Assembly: GCA_951406725.2 (NCBI GenBank)
Contig: OX597834.1
Span: forward strand, 22,134,001-22,198,000
Direction: 5' to 3'
DNA: 64,000 nucleotides
DNA from: Octopus vulgaris
Taxonomy: Eukaryota
The first letter of the stretch is position 1. Each line of letters starts with the position of its first letter. A model generated the notes under the pieces. It did not search any database, was not told where the DNA came from, and worked only from the letters and a program-made list of their open reading frames with translations. Below are positions 54,485-64,000 of the stretch, one piece after another. Made by a program: the position numbers and the translations under genes.

Positions 54485-56620
54485 ATAGATAGATAGTTAG
54501 ATAAATACAATCCAGTAAACTAAGTGTAAGAAGATAGTAATCTTCAAGCTTTTGTGCAGTTAGTACAAACGACAGGAGGTGGACAATATACAACAAAACA
54601 AGTTTATTAACCTTCTAAGTTACACATTTTGTTCCTTATTGAAATCGAAAGAAATTCCGATAAGCTGACAGTCACCGTGCAATTCACACTTTAGCAACTA
54701 AAGTTGCTAAAAACATGAATAAATATCCAAGAAAATAAGGAATGGAACAGGTAAAACACAGACTACGAATGTTTCATATCAGAGTGATGCTAGTTACATA
54801 AGTTGTAACATACACACAACCAGCTTAGCTAATCTTCAGGTCCTGTTACCTATAAGTTGTTCACATTTTTGCATGGAGATGAACAAATATATGTAATTAT
54901 AGTCGTTCCATAAGTTTTCAAAAGTCAGAAAGAAACAACTAGGCATATATTAGGTAACAGAGCAGGTCAACTATTTATGCACATCTTCATGTCTCCATTT
55001 AGTTGTGTCTGATGATTGTTAATATATTTCTCCACAATGGGAAAGGTTCTTCAACATGAAACCATTCGCTTACATAAATTCACAGTTATAAAGGCTATCA
55101 TCATCATCATTTAACGTCTGCTGTCCATGCTGGCATGGGTTAGACAGTTTGACTGAAACTGACAAGCCCACTGAGCTGCACCAGTCTCCTGTCTGATTTG
55201 GCAGTGTTTCTACAGCTGGTTGCCCTTCCTAATGCCAACCACTCCGAGAGTGTAATGGGTGCTTTTTATGTGCCAGTTATGTGACACTGGCATCGGTCAT
55301 GACTATGGTTTTTCTTGGCTTCATGTGTCTTCTTAAGTACTACATTTATAATAATATATAAATTATATATATATATATACATATGAATTTATGCATGTGT
55401 GTCTCCCCAGGATAGTAGTGACTGTGAATTGAAAATGGTCCAAGTTAAAGGGGTCTCTTTGGCCCTGTTACAAAGAACTTTTCTAATGCCTGTGCCATGA
55501 TAAACGCTCCCACCTCACCACATCCCACTGCCAATCTGTGTTGTTAAGTGGTTAACGAGAGGATCTTCATCAGTGTTTAATACCATATAGGCGATAATAA
55601 AAATATTAATTAGAATTTAAATAAAATTTTTAACATATGCCACAACATAGATTGTGGGTTTTTTTTTGGGGTTTTTTTCAGTTTTGTCTTTTTGTTTTTC
55701 GTTTGGCTCTGAATGTGTGACAGAAAAAAAGGGACCACAACCTATAGCATGATTCTGGAAGGCATGTACAACGTGTGCAGTCATGAAAAGCGGATATAAA
55801 ATTATATGGATGATTATGGTGGTGTTGATGATGATGATGATGGTGATGACAGTATTGTCACTGCTGGTGATGGTGAAGAGGAGGTGGAGGATGTCCAATG
55901 CAATAAATATTGACAGCGATGATGATAATGAAACCGATGCTGACAACAGCTACGATGATGAGGATAATGATGGCAGCAGCCAGTCATAGGCTCGCTGTGC
56001 GTGAAGGAACAAAAATGGGTGGGGACATGCGGGGAGTGAAAAAAAATTTTAATGAGATGCTCACAAGAAGAACATTTTTAGATCATAAATATCCTCCCTC
56101 AGGACTAGCCTAGGGCTAAACAACGACAATATCACACATGCATATACTTACACACACACACACACACAAACACAGCTGGTGCAGTGTTCCTCTCTGTTAA
56201 ATTTTGATGCATCCAAGATAGCTTTGGCACTAATTACCGATCCATATGGACAAATACAAATAGTTGGGATTTTTTTTTATATATTGTATATATATTTTTT
56301 ATATACTCTCTCTCCTCTCTTCCCTCCCCCTCTCTCTCTCTTTCTCTCTCTCCATCATTTGTTTAGTATTGGATATTATTTTCTGGTGTGTGGGGGGTGA
56401 GGTACGATGTATGGGGTTTTTTTCTGGACTGGGGTATCGTTTACAGGGGGTTGAGGTTACTGATAGGTTTAGTGAAACCTTACGAAAGTAATATTGTTTG
56501 CCATCATACATACACGCTTACACACACATGCAAATACTTGCACATACATGCACACGTACAAACACACATACATATACAAATATGCACAAATATACGAGCA
56601 AATACGCAACACACATACAT

Positions 56621-56651
<31 letters not shown>

Positions 56652-56782
56652 CACACACACAGACACATAATTATAAGCTTTCACGATATATTGACTATAT
56701 AAAATAGTCTAATTTTAGAGTATATAAACTCCCAACAGAAACAAAATTGTGTATTAGTATGCATGGGAATTGAACACACACT

Positions 56783-56833
<51 letters not shown>

Positions 56834-57188
56834 TGAAATGCTTTAACTGATGACGGTTTACGTAACACATGCATTTCCCACTATATATTATGAAAATATG
56901 AAAGGTACATGTTAAATGATTTCAAAATATCACTATTTGGCTTGACTTCATGATTACAGCTTTTATATATATATATATAGTCTGTTGAGGTGATTTGGTA
57001 ACATAACATCTAATAATGTAATGGTATGTCTTTTCCACTCCTCTAATGAGATTTTGCCCAATACAATGCTTTTAATTACTGGAATTTAATTCTTTGGGGA
57101 AAACGGAAACACCTGTAAAAGAATATGTTGAATTTTTTGCATTTAATAAATTATATTAATGCTACATCTCCATTTTCTGAATTTTAAT

Positions 57189-57221
<33 letters not shown>

Positions 57222-57224
<3 letters not shown>

Positions 57225-57530
57225 TCATCCTCATCATCATTTAACATCCACTTTCCATGCTAGCATGGGTTGGACGATTTGACTGAGGTCTGGCGAACCA
57301 GACTCCTATCTGAACTGGCAGAGTTTCTACAGCTGGATGCCCTTCCTAACGCCAACCACTCCGAGAGTGTAGTGGGTGCTTTTATGTGCCACCGGCATGA
57401 GGGCCAGTTTGGTGGTACTGGCAACGGCCATGCCCAAATGGTGCTTTTTACGTGCCACCTGCACAGGAGCCAGTCCAGCAGCACTGGCGATGACCTCGCT
57501 CGAATATTTCACATGCCACCAGCACAAGTG
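57222..57530 (-). mobile_element. SINE family C (further - strand copies at about 53490-53675 and 55097-55330)
   Basis: (CAT)n followed by the reverse complement of family C. Confidence 0.8.
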
Positions 57531-59249
57531 CTGGTATATATATATATATATATATATATAGACAGGATTCTTTTTTCCATGTGTTTGTCAGTGGATTCAT
57601 CCACATCCACTCATGAAGCTTTTGGTCTATAGTAGAAATCTATAGAAGGCACTTGCCCCAAGGGACACCATACACACATGCACACACAATGGGACTGAAC
57701 TCATAACCACATGGCTTGTTGACCATGCAGCCTATATAAGAATCAATGAATATATAGACAAAAACTCCACAATGCTGATGTGGTGAGAACATCCCCACAA
57801 CCACCAGTGTGTTTTATTAAACATTAAATAATATACATCAACTCTATTTCATAGCTATTTTGTCCACTTTCCCTCTTTCTGTCTGTTCTTTCCTTCTTCT
57901 CTCTTTCCGCTCATCCCCACCTCTTACGTGCCATTTATGTATGGAAAATATAACAAATGTCGTAACTCTTGTTCTGGGTATTTAGCTACACTTATGCTTA
58001 ATTAGTTGTGAAACTCAAAAGAAAAGTCTTCTAACCAACTCTCTTCACAACGCCATTATGTTTCCTTATTCGTTGTATTATTTCCGCATTTTAATTGAAC
58101 ATAATGATTTGATTGATTGATTTTTTTCCTTTCTTTCTTTTCTCTTGGTGGTGCAAGGAGAGAAGAGTTCAGTTTTTCCTTTTATCTTTCTCTTATTTTT
58201 CTTTTCTCCTATTCTCTGTCAAACTAACTTCTTCATAGACTTATATATGATGATATTTCGTTCAGTTCGTTACCAAGGCATTTAGTTTTCTGTCCAAGTA
58301 ATTATTATATTCAAATGCGATATTGCCACACAGCTATAAGTGTCCGCAGAATATAAGTCATACAAATTACTGGTGAAATTTACCAGACATTATTCCTGCA
58401 GACTTACCGCCAACTTTTCTGTCTTTTCCTCTCTCTCCCAGTTTCTCTTGGCTTTCCTTTTTTTCTTTTTATTTCTTCTCTCTTTCTCACTCTCTTTAAG
58501 CCCCAATTCTCTCTTCTATCTAGGACAATGACTTACTACAAGCAAGTTGCTTTAAAACAATGTTGACAAAGAAAATAAACGACAAAGAGCGAGAGAAGGA
58601 GGCATAATCGATGAAGACAATTGCTTATTGATAGAAACTGATAGATATCTTGTGCATAATTTAAAGACCAGTGTCTGTTTTCCGAACATGGATATCAGCA
58701 AGGAAAATCTGCTTCTTGGTAAATTTAAAATTGGCATTAAAAATGGTATATCGAATGAGTTCCTGAAGATAAAAAATATGAGTACATAGTCATTCGATAA
58801 AATTGTATCAAATATATGTACATACATGCAAAAACATATATGTACATATATATATCTTTTATTTAAGATGGCAAGGAAAATGTTTCCATTGAAGTTAAAA
58901 TCTGATCAAATTCTTAACTTGAATCGAGTCTTTTCTTGTGATAGAAGATTTCAAGATCTCTGGGGTTTGGGGAGTTTTTTTGTTTTTTTTTTAGATCTTA
59001 TATTGAAGAATATTTGTCACAAATTCACTGAACGACAAAGTAGTTTTCAAGAAGTTTTTTAATTTCCTTCTCCAGTTACTGAACCATGTTCTGTTTCATG
59101 TTTAAAATCAAATGACCATGTCTCTTCTAAGACATTTACACTTCACAGTCCACAAGACAAGGAAGGCTCTACATGGTGGATCAGTTTGCTAGAAATAGAA
59201 GTCAAATCTTTTCCAAATAACACTATCATTTTTTTCTTTGCTTTCCCTT

Positions 59250-59615
59250 TTTACTTTTTTCTATCATTGGACTGCAGCCATGCTGGAGCACTTCATTGGA
59301 GGGTTTTAGTCAAACAAATTGCTCTTAGTGCTTATTGTTTTCCTTAAATCTAGTCCTTATTCTGTCAGTTGCGTTTGGTGAACTGCTAAGTTATGGGAGC
59401 AAAAACCAACCAACTGTGTGGAGTGACAAACACATGCACATATTCATTACTTACATATGTGTGTATGACAGACTTCCACACAGTTTCCGTCGACTAATTT
59501 CACTCACAAGGCTTTAGCTGGCCTGGGGCTATAGTAGAAAGAAACTTGCCCAAGAAAATTCGCTACACTGTGGGACCGAACCCAAGATCATGTGTTTGGG
59601 AAGCAAATTTCTCAC
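59250..59615 (-). mobile_element. Old SINE family A copy
   Basis: GCCATGCTGGAGCAC...CTATAGTAGAA..ACTTGCCCAAG. Confidence 0.65.
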
Positions 59616-60096
59616 CAGACAAAAGGGACCACTATGGAAAGAAAAGGGATGTAAGTGATAGAAGTGGCTAAAGAATACTGGAGGGGAAGGGGTCTTGGGC
59701 TGAGATAAGGGACAGTGGTAAAAATATAAATATGCTGAAAACAGAGCAGAGCAGGGGCTACTAGTTTAATTAAACCCCCACACAAAGAAAAATAAAGCAG
59801 GGATCAGAGCAAGATTGAAATAACAAAGGGTATAAACATTTGTCATCTCATGAAGTTGTCCCTTTAAAAACAAAGAAAAAAAAAAGAATTAATTAAAAAT
59901 ATTTTTAAAAATAGAAGGAAATGGGGTTATCTCTGTGAAGGTTGCTAACGAGAAATATTATGATGAAATATCTGTGAAGAAATAACGATAATGTATTCAT
60001 TATTTTGAAGCATCTTTATATTTATTTGTCTTTTGCAAACGAGTTAAAGAAAGTCAGAAAAGACAGTTTCTATTTTCAGAAAGACACGTATACAGA

Positions 60097-60162
<66 letters not shown>

Positions 60163-60209
60163 TATACACACACATCTATATACGTGTCTTTTTGAAAATA
60201 GAAACTGTC

Positions 60210-60241
<32 letters not shown>

Positions 60242-60294
60242 ACATGCATACATACATATATATGTATATATACATTATATATATATATATGTAT

Positions 60295-60342
<48 letters not shown>

Positions 60343-60498
60343 TTATATATATACACATATATATACTCGCATTTATATATACATTTATGTATATATATAC
60401 ACACATTTATATATATATACATACTCATATATATATATACACACACATATATATATATACACATATATATTTAAATATATATATGTATACACACACAC

Positions 60499-60551
<53 letters not shown>

Positions 60552-61579
60552 TATATTTATACTTACATACATACACACATGTATACATATATAAATACAA
60601 ACATACATGAACACACACGCATAAAAATCATATGAAACTTAATAAGTATTCGTTTCTTCAAAGTTTAAATATTTACATAAGTACCGCCAGCAATATATGA
60701 AAGATGTATTTCATATGATGTTGATGTTCTTGTTGTTGCTGTTCATTTTATATTTTTCTTTTCATTTTTATTCCCCTCTTCTTCCTCTTCTTCCTCTTCT
60801 TCTTCTCTCCAGCAGTAAATAATAATTATTGCTGTGTGTTTTCTTTTATACTATCAGCTGCAGCTATATAAATAAGTTTATTTAGTTTCGGCTTAGTTTT
60901 TGTGTGTATTTGTGTGTGGTGTTGTTGTTTATCTCAGTAGCAGTCCGAGGAAGACTTAGACCAGAGATTTTTATCTCTGTAATTTGACGAAAGTTAAGTT
61001 TGTATCTCAACATGATGTCTTGTTCAAAAGCCTGCCAATGTACGGACGTGTCTTGTTTTTTAATCTGTCAAACTTTTCAATAACAAAATGCGATGCTTAT
61101 TTTATTCATCTTTATTTTGTGTGGAGTTTTTGTTGTTGATTTTTTTTTTTTTTTTACCAATTTACGCATGTGCACACGAACATGCACATGCACCTTGTTC
61201 CCCCTCCCCTCCACTCCATGTGTGCACGTCTACACAAACACACAGAATTAAGGTTATGTTTGCTGTAGTTTTAATTTGATTTCGTACATGAAACACGAAG
61301 ACTTTGGAATAAAGAGTACACGAGAAATGGTGAGAATCAAAGACATCATCATCACCATCATCATCATCATCAGCATCATCATCATCATCATCATCATCAT
61401 CGTCGTCGTCGTCGTCGTCGTCGTCATCATCATCGTCATCATCCTCATCATCATCATCATAACCTCTGGACATTACTGCACCAATTCCTGCTACTCATGG
61501 GGCTGTTTCCCTACTTTCTTATTTCTTTATTGGTCACAAGGGGCTACACACAGAGGGGACAAACAAGGACAGACAAAGT

Positions 61580-61750
61580 GATTAATTTGATTACATTGAC
61601 CCCAGTGCATAACTGGTACTTTATTTATCAACCCCGGAAGGATGAAAGGCAAAGTCGACCTCGGCGGAATTTGAACTCAGAACGTAACATCAGACGAAAT
61701 ACTGCTAAGCATTTCGCCCGGCGTGCTAACGTTTCTGCCAGTTCGCCGCC
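61580..61750 (-). mobile_element. SINE family B, young copy
   Basis: CCCCGGAAGGATGAAAGGCAAAGTCGACCTCGGCGGAATTTGAACTCAGAAC...TTCTGCCAGTTCGCCGCC. Confidence 0.85.
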
Positions 61751-62107
61751 TTTCTGTGACGTATAACTGAATAGGGTCAGAACATCCCTCCTGAATGGGA
61801 CATCAATCCGTTGCAGGGTTAATCATTTATAGCTGAACTGACTGGAGCAACATGAAATGAAATGTTTTGCACTATTTGGTCTGAGAAGTGAAACTGCCAT
61901 CTCCCCCCCCCAAAAAAAAAAAAAATTAAAACGATATATAAAGTAGGTAGTGTTCAAATCCAATTTGATTCTCTGTCTGAAGAATTTCTAACAGGAGATA
62001 TCTTACATGTTTTTTGTATCACATTTACAATTTTGTAACTCCTATTAGCAAATGAAACATGTGTAATGGTGAATAGATAATGCCAAACAATTTCCAATCT
62101 CCTGTTT

Positions 62108-62151
<44 letters not shown>

Positions 62152-62920
62152 GAGTGGTTGGCATTAGGAAGGGCATCCAGCTGTAGAAACAATGCCAAAT
62201 CAGACTGGAGTCTGGTGCAGCCCCTTAGCTTACCAACCCATGCCAGCATGGACAACAGACATTAAATGATGATACACACAGATATACACACACACATATA
62301 TATATAGATTCAAAAATCTTAATTCTGTATATAAGAAATCAATGCTATTTATTTATAAAAAAATCTTTGTTTTTTTTTTTTGTTTTCATATTTTTTTTTA
62401 CGTTTATTTTTGAAGTTTATAAAGAAATAAAAAGAAAATTAAAATTACAACAACAACAACAATACAAAATGTGAATATGATATTCTCTGATATCCGCACT
62501 AACAATGAAATAATGGTGAGCGTGTTTATAAATGAGAGCATATAATTATTTGTTTCCTCAAAGACCATTCTAGAACAATATTCCAAATCAATATTAATCG
62601 AAATATCAGGAATTCTAAGCTATGGTTTTGCTACTTGCTATATATAGTTTATTTTAGTTGTTGTTTTTGATATTTATATATATATTTGTTTCAGTCATTA
62701 GATTGTGGTCATGCTGGAGCAATACCACGAAGGGTTTTGTTGAACAAATCAATCCTATTTATTTATTTATTAAGCCTGGTATTTATTCTTTCAGTGTCTT
62801 TTGCTGGGCTGCTAAGTTATGGGGTTGTAAATGAACCAACATGGTTGGGATATGGGAGGAGGATGTAAACAACACAAAGACAACATATACATATATAATA
62901 TAAATAATATATATATTATG

Positions 62921-62951
<31 letters not shown>

Positions 62952-62955
62952 GATG

Positions 62956-62996
<41 letters not shown>

Positions 62997-63093
62997 TACA
63001 CATATATATATATATAATGATATATATATGTGTATATGTATATGCATATATAGGTACAGGACGTCACCAACTATGTAATTAACATGAAGTATG

Positions 63094-63127
<34 letters not shown>

Positions 63128-63288
63128 TGATATCTATGCACACACACATGACAGGCTTCTTTCAGTTTCCATTTGACAAATCCACTCACAAGGCTTTGGT
63201 CAGCCCGAGACTAGAGTAGAAGACACTTGCCCAAGGTGTCATACAGTGGGACTGAACCTAGGACCATGCCCACACCTATGAAAATGCT

Positions 63289-63343
63289 TTCCCATGCCAG
63301 GAATTGAACCCAGGCCCACTTTGGTGAAAAGCCAACAATCCTA
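63289..63343 (-). pseudogene. tRNA-Glu(TTC)-derived fragment
   Basis: The - strand reads TAGGATTGTTGGCTTTTCACCAAAGTGGGCCTGGGTTCAATTCCTGGCATGGGAA. Anticodon arm, T arm and 3' acceptor strand resemble tRNA-Glu; the 5' end is missing. Confidence 0.6.
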
Positions 63344-64000
63344 TGAATTTCAGTCTACTTTTTTTCCCATTTGACATTTTACTGTAACTAACCAATTTGT
63401 GATTTCCATTTGTGAGTCTTTCACAATGTTTGCTTTAAACCTTTTCCTGTCCAAAGCGTTTTCATAAATTCGTCCCAAACGTCCATACTTGTTTGCAGAC
63501 TATTATTTATTCTTCGTTTCATTCGTTCTAAGCAATATTAAGCTTTCCCATTTTTATAAATCCCAAGTTACTTTGGCAGTTGACAAAAGTAAGGAATGTA
63601 CATCATATATGATGCATGAATGCCAGGAAAATATGTCCTGTGGGTCGCATATAAAATATAAATTAACATGAAATTAACATAAATTAACATGAAATTTTGA
63701 TGGTAGTTTTTAATTTAGTTCACTTTTAAAAGAGGTAGTTTATATCATGGATCCAGGAGTGTTTTCAGGGTTAAGAAACTTGCAAGTCAGCAGGCAGGGA
63801 ACCAGAGGTTTGGTTCAAATGTTTGCCATTCTATAGAAAGCAAAGAAGGATCCACTTAACAATCTCTTACTTAACCCTTTTGATATCATATTTCTGTTGA
63901 AATACATTGCTTTTATTTCGATCAATTTTGAAAATAATGAAGAACAAGCCTTTGTCTAAAGCATTTTCATAAGTCTATCCTAAATGTCTGTTTTCAAACA

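Noticed and set aside
55783-55989. Acidic ORF (DSDDDNETDADN...)
   Set aside because: Derived from degenerate (GAT)n repeats; no splice signals or homology recognised.
56847-56880. CTGATGA box as another hammerhead
   Set aside because: No GAAA box or stem III downstream.

Overview
Very AT-rich, microsatellite-dense eukaryotic DNA whose SINE, MITE and Helitron content is typical of an octopus (coleoid cephalopod) genome; the species assignment is an inference. The window lies inside one large + strand gene, a neuron navigator (NAV / unc-53 / sickie) ortholog. Four phase-compatible coding exons are recognisable: 15973-17615, 22608-22660, a 24-nt microexon at 25892-25915, and 28560-28634. The gene start and the AAA-ATPase end lie outside the window. 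The introns hold at least four SINE families, two DD37D (maT) transposon relics, Helitrons, hAT and piggyBac-type MITEs, LINE 3' ends and a tRNA-Glu pseudogene. The most unusual signal is a set of short foldback elements set in (TA)n tracts that carry minimal type-I hammerhead ribozyme motifs with palindromic stem III, as described for Penelope-like elements and retrozymes. One near-canonical hammerhead lies at 32575-32616 on the - strand. Almost all ORFs in the supplied track are microsatellite artefacts.
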